Part shown: positions 19,633 to 28,581 of the stretch, in pieces | Numbering within the stretch: the first letter of the stretch is position 1 | Layout of the letters: the number at the start of each line of letters is the position of its first letter | From: an uncultured Gammaproteobacteria bacterium | GTDB taxonomy: Bacteria; Patescibacteriota; Microgenomatia; Levybacterales; UBA12049 | Length of the DNA stretch: 64,000 bases | Direction: 5' to 3' | Assembly: GCA_964515545.1 (NCBI GenBank) | Contig: CAZERI010000003.1 | Location: forward strand, 21,224 to 85,223 | The notes under the pieces: model-generated | What the model was told of the DNA's origin: nothing | Database searches by the model: none | Seen by the model: the letters and a program-made list of their open reading frames with translations, nothing else | Program-made: the position numbers and the translations under genes

Positions 19633-20255
19633 TGTGCTACCTCCCCGGACACTGGTGTTGGCGCAAGCCCTTTGACTGATGATGGCAAGGGGATTAAGTT
19701 ACATGAGACCTCGGCTTCAAGTTCTGCACTTGAGATCCTATCTTCAATACGATCGATACTGATATCTTTGATATCTTTTCTCTTCTCTAGATCACTGATA
19801 AAGTTCTTTAAATTATCAAGTGAACCTGTAGTAAATTCGATATGAAGGAGGGTTGGACTTATATTTAAAAGGGTAATTGTTATGTTATTTTTTTCTGCTA
19901 ATGCCTGTATATCGCTTAACTGTGTAGGCATGACAAGTACATTCTCATTAAGATTACTTGCCTGGGTAAGAGTATCTTGTATTTGCCTAAAAAGTTTTTC
20001 GTGATCAGAAACGGCAACAACTATTTGCTGGCGCTGCTTAATAAGATCATTGAGGTCTACAATTTGGCGATCCAAGTTAAATCTATAAAGAAAAGCGCCT
20101 AGTGCTATTGTTTCAGTTAGAATAACCAGGAATCTCCCTCCTGTTATGGCCCAATGGATAAAAACGTCAAGCGAAGGCGTCCCTTTCTTTTTAGCTAAAT
20201 TAATAGTTAGACCTTTTCTGGTGTCCATGGCAGGTAAGCAAATCCTCTGCAACAC
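19629..20255 (-). CDS. PilN-like bitopic protein; tentative
   Basis: N-terminal LTINLAKKK resembles the PilN INLLP motif. Single TM, coiled coil and C-terminal domain. First gene of the nine-gene operon. Confidence 0.3.
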   Translation of the reverse strand: MLQRICLPAMDTRKGLTINLAKKKGTPSLDVFIHWAITGGRFLVILTETIALGAFLYRFNLDRQIVDLNDLIKQRQQIVVAVSDHEKLFRQIQDTLTQASNLNENVLVMPTQLSDIQALAEKNNITITLLNISPTLLHIEFTTGSLDNLKNFISDLEKRKDIKDISIDRIEDRISSAELEAEVSCNLIPLPSSVKGLAPTPVSGEVAQ

Positions 20256-20359
20256 GAAAGAAGCCGAGAGGAATCAGCCTATTTTTAGTCTAGGTATTTT
20301 CGCTCCAAAAGTAAAGCAAATTCAAGATAAATTTCCCCGTAGCGAGGGGATCGTAAGTA

Positions 20360-20368
20360 TGGTATACT
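20360..20368 (+). promoter_or_regulatory. extended -10 element (TGgTATACT) upstream of fusA
   Basis: The sequence tggtatact lies 35 nt upstream of the fusA ATG. -35 is weak. Confidence 0.35.
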
Positions 20369-20374
20369 CTACTC

Positions 20375-20400
20375 ATCCCGAGAGAGCGGGATTTTTGTTT
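20375..20400 (+). promoter_or_regulatory. terminator-like hairpin plus U-tract in the fusA 5' leader (ATCCCG-agagag-CGGGAT-TTTTTGTTT)
   Basis: Perfect 6-bp GC-rich stem with a 6-nt loop, then T5GT3, ending 2 nt before the fusA start codon. No Shine-Dalgarno present. Confidence 0.45.
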
Positions 20401-20402
20401 CT

Positions 20403-22508
20403 ATGGCAGATACTAAAAGACAAGTTCCACTAGATAAGATTCGTAATATAGGCATTATTGCCCATATTGATGCGGGCAAAACTACTACTACTGAGCGTAT
20501 CCTTTTCTATACTGGCCGTACCTATAAGATCGGTGATATTGATGAGGGTAACACTCAGATGGATTGGATGGAGCAGGAAAAAGAGCGCGGAATTACTATC
20601 GTCTCAGCTGCTACCACTACCTTTTGGAAAGATCATCGTATTAATATCATCGATACTCCGGGCCACGTTGACTTTACCGCTGAAGTAGAGCGCTCACTTC
20701 GTGTTCTTGACGGGGGTATTACTGTACTTGATGCAGAAGAGGGCGTTCAGTCTCAGTCAGAGACTGTCTGGCGTCAAGCAGACAAGTACAAAGTTCCCCG
20801 TATCTGTTTTGTTAACAAGATGGATAAGCTAGGAGCTGATTTTCTAGCAACTGTTAAAAGTATTGAAGACAGACTTGGAGCAAATCCAGCTATCATGGTA
20901 CTTCCAATTGGCGCTGAAAATACTTATGTAGGTAACGTCGATCTTCTTACTCGCCAAACCATTACATGGGGTTCTGATGAGCTGGGTGCTAAATTTGAAC
21001 TTGGTACTGATATCCCTGAAGAGATGAAAGCTCAGGTTGAAGAGTACCGTAGTAAGCTGATCGAAAAAATTGCAGAGACGGATGATGCAATGCTTGAAAA
21101 ATATCTTAGTGGTGAGGAGCCAACTATAGAGGAACTTAAGAAAGCTCTTCGTGCAGCAGTTATCGCGTATAAATTAGTCCCTATTTATGCAGGTACATCA
21201 CTTCGTAATAAAGGCGTTCAGCCACTGCTTGATGCAGTTTTGGATTACCTTCCTTCCCCAGTTGATCTTAAAGAGGTAAAAGGTACTAATCCAAAAACTG
21301 GTGAAGAAGAGACAAGGGAGTTAGTCCCAGAAGCCCCTTTTTCAGGCCTTGCGTTTAAGATCCAGAATGATCCTCACGTAGGAAAACTTACGTATTTTAG
21401 AGTCTACTCAGGAAAAATCGAGTCTGGATCATATGTCTATAACAGTACTAAAGGTATTAAAGAACGTGTAGGTAGACTTCTGTTGATGCATGCAAATGAA
21501 AGAGAAGAAATAAAGGAAGGATATTCTGGAGAGATTGTAGCAATTGTTGGGCTTAAGGATACAGGAACTGGAGATACCCTCTGTGATGAGGCAAAGCCAA
21601 TTGTTCTTGAAAAAATATCATTCCCAGAGCCAGTTATCTCACTTGCTATTGAACCTCAGACGAAATCAGATCAGGAAAAGATGGGTTATGCAATTAAGAG
21701 GCTTACTGAAGAAGATCCAACCTTCTCAGTCAAGACTAATCATGAAACAGGCCAGACTATCATCTCAGGTATTGGTGAGTTGCAGCTTGAGGTTATGGTA
21801 GACCGCATGAAGCGGGAATTTAATGTCCAAGCAAATACCGGTGCGCCTCAGGTCGCGTACAAAGAGACTTTCCAATCTCAGGTATCAGCTGAAGGTAAGT
21901 ACATCAAACAGTCCGGAGGAAGAGGACAGTTCGGTCACTGCTGGCTTAGAATCGAGCCAAAAGAGCGTGGAGAAGGTAATGAATTTGTTAGTGAGATCAA
22001 AGGAGGAGCAATCCCTGCAGAGTTTGTTAAAGCTGTTGAAAAAGGAGTCTGGGAGACACTTGAAAATGGAGTATTACTCGGTTATCCAATTGTTGACGTC
22101 AAGGTTGCTTGCTATGACGGCTCATACCATGAGGTAGATTCTAGTGAGGTAGCCTTTAAGATTGCTGCTTCTCAAGCTATTCAAGCTGCTTCCAAAAAAG
22201 TCGAGATGGGACTATTAGAGCCTATTATGAAAGTTGAAGTCACAACTCCTTCTGAATTTATGGGAGATGTGATGGGAGATCTATCCAGTAAGCGTGGACA
22301 AATTATTGGTACTGAAGAGCGCTCCCGCGCAACTATCATTAATGCTCTTGTTCCACTAGCAGAGTTATCAGGTTACGCAACTCAAATTCGCAGTATGTCT
22401 CAAGGCCGTGCTTCTTATTACATGGAGCCAAGTCATTATGATATCGTCCCTCGTAATATCGTCGACCAGATGGTCGCCAAATCCACCTTTACCGGCCGCG
22501 TCGAATAA
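20403..22508 (+). CDS. fusA: translation elongation factor G
   Basis: [14 protein letters not shown]1 motif, [13 protein letters not shown]. Full-length (~700 aa) five-domain pattern. Confidence 0.95.
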   Translation: MADTKRQVPLDKIRNIGIIAHIDAGKTTTTERILFYTGRTYKIGDIDEGNTQMDWMEQEKERGITIVSAATTTFWKDHRINIIDTPGHVDFTAEVERSLRVLDGGITVLDAEEGVQSQSETVWRQADKYKVPRICFVNKMDKLGADFLATVKSIEDRLGANPAIMVLPIGAENTYVGNVDLLTRQTITWGSDELGAKFELGTDIPEEMKAQVEEYRSKLIEKIAETDDAMLEKYLSGEEPTIEELKKALRAAVIAYKLVPIYAGTSLRNKGVQPLLDAVLDYLPSPVDLKEVKGTNPKTGEEETRELVPEAPFSGLAFKIQNDPHVGKLTYFRVYSGKIESGSYVYNSTKGIKERVGRLLLMHANEREEIKEGYSGEIVAIVGLKDTGTGDTLCDEAKPIVLEKISFPEPVISLAIEPQTKSDQEKMGYAIKRLTEEDPTFSVKTNHETGQTIISGIGELQLEVMVDRMKREFNVQANTGAPQVAYKETFQSQVSAEGKYIKQSGGRGQFGHCWLRIEPKERGEGNEFVSEIKGGAIPAEFVKAVEKGVWETLENGVLLGYPIVDVKVACYDGSYHEVDSSEVAFKIAASQAIQAASKKVEMGLLEPIMKVEVTTPSEFMGDVMGDLSSKRGQIIGTEERSRATIINALVPLAELSGYATQIRSMSQGRASYYMEPSHYDIVPRNIVDQMVAKSTFTGRVE

Positions 22509-22547
22509 TTTGCGGATTTCTTCTTAAAGCATTACTATACTCTCTCA

Positions 22548-23591
22548 ATGAACAAAAAGATCAGAATAGGGATTATTTTTGGCGGACAATCGAGTGAGCA
22601 TGAAGTATCTATCCAGTCGGCAAAAAATGTTTATGAGGCGTTAGATAAAAATAAGTACGATCCTATCCTCATTGGTATTAGTAAAAAGGGTAAGTGGCTG
22701 GCTCTCAATAACAACGAATTTCAGAAGCTTTCATCTCAAAGTTATTCAGCACTTCCTGAAAAGATTAAAGCAGTTAGTCTGAGTCCTCAAGAACCACTTT
22801 CCCCTGAAAAAATCGATGTTGTCTTCCCTATCCTGCATGGTATGTATGGTGAGGATGGGACGGTGCAGGGACTCTTAAAGCTCATGGGGATTCCTTTTGT
22901 CGGAGCCGATGTACTCGGTTCGGCTGTGGGGATGGATAAAGATGTCATGAAGCGATTGCTGCGAGATGCAGGGATCCCGATTGTAAAATTTTTAGTCTTT
23001 CAGAAAAAAAATGGGGAAAAGATAAATTTTGCTAACATTAAAAAAGAGCTTGGTCTCCCCTTCTTCGTTAAACCAGCTAATGCCGGATCATCAGTTGGTG
23101 TTTCTAAAGTTGCTAAAGAATTAGAGTTTAAATCAGCTATAGAGGGAGCATTCCACCATGATCGAAAAATTTTAATTGAACAAGGAATTTCAGCTCGTGA
23201 GATCGAGTGTTCAGTCCTTGGTAATGAGAATAAAATTGCTTCAATTCCTGGAGAGATTATTCCTACTCATGAATTCTATGACTATGATGCGAAGTATCTT
23301 GATGAAGATGGTGCGCGGCTTGAAATCCCAGCTGGCTTGACTAACTCTCAAAATAAAAAAGTGCAAAAACTGGCAATTAAAGCATGTGGAGTACTTTGTA
23401 TTGATGGTATGTCTCGGGTAGATTTTTTCCTGGATAAAAAAACTGCTAAGTTATACCTTAATGAAGTAAATACGATCCCCGGCTTTACCAATATAAGTAT
23501 GTACCCGAAGTTGTGGGAAGCAAGCGGGATTTCCTATCCAGAACTCATTGATAGGTTAATTAGCCTTGCACTAGAGCGTTCTAGTAAATAA
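22548..23591 (+). CDS. ddl: D-alanine--D-alanine ligase
   Basis: IGIIFGGQSSEHEVSIQSA N-terminal motif. ATP-grasp core (FVKPANAGSSVG; EVNTIPGFT). Confidence 0.85.
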   Translation: MNKKIRIGIIFGGQSSEHEVSIQSAKNVYEALDKNKYDPILIGISKKGKWLALNNNEFQKLSSQSYSALPEKIKAVSLSPQEPLSPEKIDVVFPILHGMYGEDGTVQGLLKLMGIPFVGADVLGSAVGMDKDVMKRLLRDAGIPIVKFLVFQKKNGEKINFANIKKELGLPFFVKPANAGSSVGVSKVAKELEFKSAIEGAFHHDRKILIEQGISAREIECSVLGNENKIASIPGEIIPTHEFYDYDAKYLDEDGARLEIPAGLTNSQNKKVQKLAIKACGVLCIDGMSRVDFFLDKKTAKLYLNEVNTIPGFTNISMYPKLWEASGISYPELIDRLISLALERSSK

Positions 23592-24063
23592 AGGGTATAA
23601 ATTTTTTAGTCTTTTTCTGGTAGTCTTCATATCCCCTCTTGAAATAGTGTACTAAGAGTTTTTCTTCATAGGTAGCTTTCATGATTAAGTCACAAGTCAA
23701 AAGAATAGTAGATATAACCCGTAGTGTAGTAATATCGTTTAATAAAAGACCCAATGATACAAGGATCACCGCAAGATACATGGGGTGTCTTACAAACTCA
23801 AAAGGTCCATCAGTTACTAAGTTACTATCAGGCGCAACATCTGCAGTAATTTGAATTGCAGTAATTCGCATAGACCAGAGAGACCATAATCCCAGGCCGA
23901 TTCCCCCGAATTCGAGAATACTACTAAAAAGATTAGTTGGAATCACAGGTCCAGTTAAAAATAGATAAAGAAAGAGAAGACTTTGAGCAAAAACAAGGAG
24001 AAGGGATTTAGGATTACGTGACATGTCTCTAGTATGAATTATTTTTCTATAAGATTCAAGCAT
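23581..24063 (-). CDS. isoprenylcysteine carboxyl methyltransferase (ICMT)/phospholipid methyltransferase family membrane protein
   Basis: Four TM helices and the characteristic C-terminal RHPMYLA motif. Confidence 0.6.
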   Translation of the reverse strand: MLESYRKIIHTRDMSRNPKSLLLVFAQSLLFLYLFLTGPVIPTNLFSSILEFGGIGLGLWSLWSMRITAIQITADVAPDSNLVTDGPFEFVRHPMYLAVILVSLGLLLNDITTLRVISTILLTCDLIMKATYEEKLLVHYFKRGYEDYQKKTKKFIPFIY

Positions 24064-24104
24064 AAAGCTTGAATCTTATTGGTATATATTATATATAGGA
24101 GCAA

Positions 24105-24758
24105 ATGAAAAGAGTTATTGCAATTTTTGCTCATCCGGATGATGAAGCCTTAGGACCTTCAGGAACACTAGCTACCTTAGCAGAAGATCATGAGGTGTAT
24201 CTGATCTGTGTAACAAGCGGAGAGGCAGCGGGTAAGACTAACGCGGAAAAATTATCGATAGGACAAATTCGCAGAGGAGAAGTCATTAAATCAGCTCGGA
24301 TTTTAGGTATTAAAGAAGTCTTTTTTCTAGGCTATGAAGATGGAACACTTTGTAACAGCATATATCACCAATTAGCTGAAGATATCAAAAAGAAAGTCGA
24401 AGAACTCCGGCCTGAAGTCCTCCTCACCTTTGAGATGCATGGAGTTTCTGGGCACATAGATCATATTACTGTTTCATTTGTTACGTCCTTTGTCTTTAAG
24501 AAGTATTCTTTTGTTAAAAAGCTGATGTATTATGTCACCTCCAGGGAGGAGAGTGACAAAATGGGAGATTATTTTGTTTTTTTCCCTGATGGATATACAA
24601 GAGATGAGGTTAATGAGGTCGTCAATACCTCAAAAGTCTGGGATAAGAAGGTAGCTGCGATGTACTGCCATCAGTCTCAAATGCATGATGTAGAAAGAGT
24701 AATAAAGAATAAAAAGAATCGTCCCAAAGAAGAGTACTTTCTCATCCGCAACAAGTAA
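24105..24758 (+). CDS. PIG-L/LmbE-family N-acetylglucosaminyl deacetylase
   Basis: N-terminal AIFAHPDDEALG metal-binding motif, and HxDH later (HIDHITV). Confidence 0.7.
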   Translation: MKRVIAIFAHPDDEALGPSGTLATLAEDHEVYLICVTSGEAAGKTNAEKLSIGQIRRGEVIKSARILGIKEVFFLGYEDGTLCNSIYHQLAEDIKKKVEELRPEVLLTFEMHGVSGHIDHITVSFVTSFVFKKYSFVKKLMYYVTSREESDKMGDYFVFFPDGYTRDEVNEVVNTSKVWDKKVAAMYCHQSQMHDVERVIKNKKNRPKEEYFLIRNK

Positions 24759-24799
24759 CCCTAAACATCATTAGTCAGGACATCGTATAATAGTAGTCT

Positions 24800-25888
24800 A
24801 TGAAAAGAATTTTGGCTGCTCTTATTCTCAGTATAGTGCTTATTACAGTAGTTGGTTATGGTGTAAGACTTTTCCGCCAAAAAATTGATTCTGCTCTCTC
24901 ATCTCAACCTGTTTCACAGGGTGTTCCCAGTCCCACTCCTATTGGGCCGGCTGCAGAACAGATTGACGAAACTATTTTTGTCCCATATTGGAGTGTAGGG
25001 GACGGTTTTACTCTGCCTTCATATAAGGATATAGTTTATTTTGGTGTTAATGCTTCAACTGAGGGAATAGATACAGCAGATGAAGGATATAGAAGACTGG
25101 CTGAGTTCGTGGAAGTAACTGATAAAGAGAATACGCTTCTTACTATCGGTATGACAAATAGCTCCACAAATTTCGCTATCCTTAAAGATAAAAGAGCACA
25201 AGATAGAGTAATTAATGAAGCAATAAGTATTGCGAGAGACAACAATTTTAAAGGAATAGTGCTGAATATCGAAGTATCAGCTCTCCCCTTTCCCTCATTA
25301 GTTGACCAGATTACTGCTTTCAATCGCGTGTTTTATGATCGAACCCATGCAGCACATCTTACCTATGGCATCACTGCCTATGGGGATTCCTTTTATCGCT
25401 TAAGGCCGTTTGATCTAGCAAAGCTTTCTACGAGCAGTGACAGGGTGTATATCATGGCATATGATTTCTCTAAAGCCAAAGGGAACCCTGGTCCAAATTT
25501 TCCTTTAGGAGGAGGAGACACATATGGATATGACTTAGAGCATATGATTAATAACTTTGCCGATACTATGCCTCTTAAAAAAATTACCGTAGTTTTTGGT
25601 ATGTATGGATATGACTGGCCGGTAGATGATAAGGAGAAAGCCACGGATATGGGAGAGGCAATCTCCTTAAAGGATATTAAGGCAACAATAATTGATGTCT
25701 GTAAACATAGTAAATGTGAATGGGAGCGTGATACCCAATCGTCAGAGACCAAAGCTTTTTATAAAGATGATGATGGCGGGGAGCATATTATTTGGTTTGA
25801 GGATGAAACTTCAGTTAAAAGAAAACAAGATTTTCTCAAAAAACACGGGATTGGATCTTTTGCTTATTGGGCTTACTCATATTTCTAA
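24800..25888 (+). CDS. GH18-like (chitinase-fold) secreted/anchored protein with degenerate catalytic motif
   Basis: N-terminal TM/signal. FKGIVLNIE sits in place of DGIDIDWE. MAYDF (MxYD) and the C-terminal GIGSFAYWAYSY match GH18 fold landmarks. Confidence 0.4.
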   Translation: MKRILAALILSIVLITVVGYGVRLFRQKIDSALSSQPVSQGVPSPTPIGPAAEQIDETIFVPYWSVGDGFTLPSYKDIVYFGVNASTEGIDTADEGYRRLAEFVEVTDKENTLLTIGMTNSSTNFAILKDKRAQDRVINEAISIARDNNFKGIVLNIEVSALPFPSLVDQITAFNRVFYDRTHAAHLTYGITAYGDSFYRLRPFDLAKLSTSSDRVYIMAYDFSKAKGNPGPNFPLGGGDTYGYDLEHMINNFADTMPLKKITVVFGMYGYDWPVDDKEKATDMGEAISLKDIKATIIDVCKHSKCEWERDTQSSETKAFYKDDDGGEHIIWFEDETSVKRKQDFLKKHGIGSFAYWAYSYF

Positions 25889-25954
25889 TGATTAGCTGGA
25901 GAATAGTAAAATCTCATCCGTGTATTAGCCTCAAGTTAGTCGTGATTTAGGGTA

Positions 25955-25983
25955 TTGACGCTTAAGCGTAAATGTAGTATCAT
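25955..25983 (+). promoter_or_regulatory. sigma70-like promoter for tuf (TTGACG-17-TATCAT) with a 12-bp perfect palindrome in the spacer
   Basis: ttgacg at 25955-60, tatcat at 25978-83, acgcttaagcgt at 25957-68. Confidence 0.45.
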
Positions 25984-26039
25984 ACACATAATCTCATTGA
26001 AACAGATGGGGTTATTTTTTTCTAAAAGATAATAAATAT

Positions 26040-27218
26040 ATGGCATCATTTTCTCGAAACAAACCACACGTAAATATCGGAACCATTGGTCACGTTGATC
26101 ATGGTAAGACTACCACAACTGCAGCTATCGCAACCGTTCTTTCAAAGCACGGCGGTGGAGAAGCTAAAAAGTACGAAGATATTGATAACGCTCCAGAAGA
26201 AAAAGCTCGTGGAGTAACAATTAATATTTCCCACATCGAATACGAAACTGAGAAACGTCACTATGCTCATATTGACGCTCCAGGACACGCTGATTACATC
26301 AAGAACATGATTACTGGTGCAGCTCAAATGGACGGAGCAATCCTCGTTGTTTCTGCTCCTGATGGTCCAATGCCTCAGACTCGTGAGCATATCCTTCTTG
26401 CATATCAGGTAGGAGTTCCAGCAATTGTTGTCTATCTTAATAAATGCGACATGGTTCAAGACGAAGAACTTTTGGATCTCGTTGAGATGGAAGTTCGTGA
26501 ACTCTTAACTAAATACAAATATCCAGGAGACACTGTACCAATTATCCGTGGCTCATCTCTTAAAGCTCTTGAGGGAGATCCAGCATATGAAGAGAAGATC
26601 ATGGAACTCATGAAGACTGTTGATGAATACATCCCAACTCCTGAGCGTGATCTTGACAAGCCATTCCTTATGCCTGTTGAAGACGTTTTCTCAATCAAAG
26701 GTCGTGGAACTGTTGTAACTGGACGTATCGAACGTGGAGTCGTGAAGATTAATGATCCTATCGAGATTGTGGGAATGAAAGCTACAACTAACTCAGTTGT
26801 AACAGGAGTTGAAATGTTTAGAAAGCAGCTTGATCAAGGCCAAGCTGGAGACAATGTCGGTCTTCTCCTCCGCGGAGTTGAAAAAGCTGACGTTGAGCGT
26901 GGACAAGTACTTGCTAAGCCTGGATCTATTACTCCTCATACAGAATTTGAAGCAGAAGCATACATCCTTACTAAAGAAGAAGGCGGTCGCCATACACCAT
27001 TCTTTAAAGGTTATCGTCCTCAGTTCTATATCAGAACTACAGATGTAACTGGTGAGACTGTTCTTCCAGATGGGGTAGAGATGGTAATGCCTGGAGACAC
27101 AACAAAAATGACTGTTAAGCTTATTGTTCCTGTAGCTCTTGAAGAAGGCGTCCGTTTTGCTATCCGTGAGGGTGGTCGTACAGTTGGCGCTGGTGTTATC
27201 ACCAAGATCTTAAAATAA
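26040..27218 (+). CDS. tuf: translation elongation factor Tu
   Basis: [21 protein letters not shown]. Classic EF-Tu length of 392 aa. Confidence 0.95.
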   Translation: MASFSRNKPHVNIGTIGHVDHGKTTTTAAIATVLSKHGGGEAKKYEDIDNAPEEKARGVTINISHIEYETEKRHYAHIDAPGHADYIKNMITGAAQMDGAILVVSAPDGPMPQTREHILLAYQVGVPAIVVYLNKCDMVQDEELLDLVEMEVRELLTKYKYPGDTVPIIRGSSLKALEGDPAYEEKIMELMKTVDEYIPTPERDLDKPFLMPVEDVFSIKGRGTVVTGRIERGVVKINDPIEIVGMKATTNSVVTGVEMFRKQLDQGQAGDNVGLLLRGVEKADVERGQVLAKPGSITPHTEFEAEAYILTKEEGGRHTPFFKGYRPQFYIRTTDVTGETVLPDGVEMVMPGDTTKMTVKLIVPVALEEGVRFAIREGGRTVGAGVITKILK

Positions 27219-27301
27219 AGAGTGCCGATCTAGGTTACTAGAGAGGTATAGCACATTGACTGTCTGTTAGGTCCCGATTCAATCGGGATAGGAGAATATT
27301 C

Positions 27302-27610
27302 ATGCCAAAAGGAAGAATTCGTGTCCGTTTAAAAAGTTACGATGCGAGAGTCATTGACTCTACGTGTCAGCAAATTTTAGATACCGCTATTAGAACCGGT
27401 GCTAAAATTGTGGGACCCGTTCCTCTCCCTACTCAGCGTAGCGTCTACGCAGTCAATAAATCTCCATTTGTTGATAAAAATGCTCGTGATCATTTTGAAA
27501 TTAAAGTTCATAAGCGTTTAATTGACATCGTATCTCCGACAGACAAGACCATTGATAGTTTGACTCATCTTGAGTTACCAGCAGGAGTAGACGTAGAGAT
27601 TAAAATGTAG
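27302..27610 (+). CDS. rpsJ: 30S ribosomal protein S10
   Basis: IRVRLKSYD...GPVPLPT... signature. 102 aa. Confidence 0.9.
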   Translation: MPKGRIRVRLKSYDARVIDSTCQQILDTAIRTGAKIVGPVPLPTQRSVYAVNKSPFVDKNARDHFEIKVHKRLIDIVSPTDKTIDSLTHLELPAGVDVEIKM

Positions 27611-27704
27611 TCATAGACTACATACATAATTGCATGCCCAAACGAGTTAAAAAATATGATTAAGGTATAAAAAGCCTACAAGGGGCCTAAAAGCAGAGAT
27701 AGAG

Positions 27705-27730
27705 GTAGCCTAGGGGCTATCTTTTTTTTT
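27705..27730 (+). terminator. intrinsic-terminator-like hairpin plus T9 between rpsJ and rplC
   Basis: gTAGCC-tagg-GGCTAt, followed by ctttttttttgg. Confidence 0.4.
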
Positions 27731-27741
27731 GGAAATAAAAT

Positions 27742-28581
27742 ATGAATACATTATTTGGAAAAAAAATACAGCAGACACAACGATTTCTTGAAGACGGAAC
27801 TCGAATTCCGGTTACTCTTGTCGTGGCTGATTCCAACGTCATCATGGGACTGAAGAATTCAGAACGCGACAACTATACAGCGATTAAATTGGGCTTTGGC
27901 AAAACAAAAAAGACAACCAAAGCCCTTTTTGGTGAAGCAAAGGCTGCCAAACTCGATTACATTCCTGAAGTTCTAGGTGAAGTACGTGCCGAAAACACTG
28001 AGGGATTCGAACTAGGAACTTCTCTAAAGGTAGAAGATGTCTTTAAAGCTGGAGATATTGTAGACGTTACTGGAACTTCCAAAGGTAAAGGCTTTGCTAG
28101 TGGTATTAAACGCTACAACTTTAGAGGAGGACCTAAGACTCATGGTCAGTCTGATCGTCATCGTGCGCCGGGATCAATTGGGTCAGGAACTACTCCGGGG
28201 AGAGTCTATAAAGGGAAGAGAATGGCCGGAAATATGGGTCGTGATACTGTGACAGTTAAGAATTTAATGGTTATTGATGTGGATCCTACAGACAAGACTA
28301 TACTAATTAGCGGACTTGTTCCCGGAATACTGAATGGTGTTATTAAAGTTACTAAAGTTGGAGAGACAAAGGAGAAAAACTTTGTTCCGCTTTTCAAGCT
28401 TGAAGATACCACCCCAGTACAGGCAACAGAGGAAGTTATTGAAGATGTAACAGCTACAGCTCCACCTGATGCAGCTGCTGAAGAAGTTAAAGAAGAGGCA
28501 GTAATAGTAGAGGCAAGTGAAGCTAAAGATGAGACTGCGTCAAACGTGGTTGAGGCAAAGGAGGAGCAGAACAATGGCTAG
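27742..28581 (+). CDS. rplC: 50S ribosomal protein L3 with about 65-aa acidic C-terminal extension
   Basis: L3 core (GTRIPVTLV...GFASGIKRYNFRGGPKTHGQSDRHRAPGSIG), then an E/A/T-rich tail. Confidence 0.9.
   Translation: MNTLFGKKIQQTQRFLEDGTRIPVTLVVADSNVIMGLKNSERDNYTAIKLGFGKTKKTTKALFGEAKAAKLDYIPEVLGEVRAENTEGFELGTSLKVEDVFKAGDIVDVTGTSKGKGFASGIKRYNFRGGPKTHGQSDRHRAPGSIGSGTTPGRVYKGKRMAGNMGRDTVTVKNLMVIDVDPTDKTILISGLVPGILNGVIKVTKVGETKEKNFVPLFKLEDTTPVQATEEVIEDVTATAPPDAAAEEVKEEAVIVEASEAKDETASNVVEAKEEQNNG

Noticed and set aside
20146-20433. Antisense and overlapping ORFs from the six-frame track. Examples are 20146-20433 +, 26142-26459 -, 28206-28574 -, 31730-32095 -, 41221-41514 -, 43435-43770 -, 60141-60422 - and 60373-60609 -.
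   Set aside because: They lie inside or antisense to strongly supported conserved genes (fusA leader, tuf, rplC, rplP, rpsK, rplQ, rny) and have no motifs or translation signals. Treated as spurious.
27219-27301. Possible tRNA in the tuf-rpsJ spacer, suggested by a T-arm-like hairpin TCCCGATTCAATCGGGA.
   Set aside because: No matching acceptor stem. Loop length is wrong for a T-loop. Interpreted as a leader hairpin.
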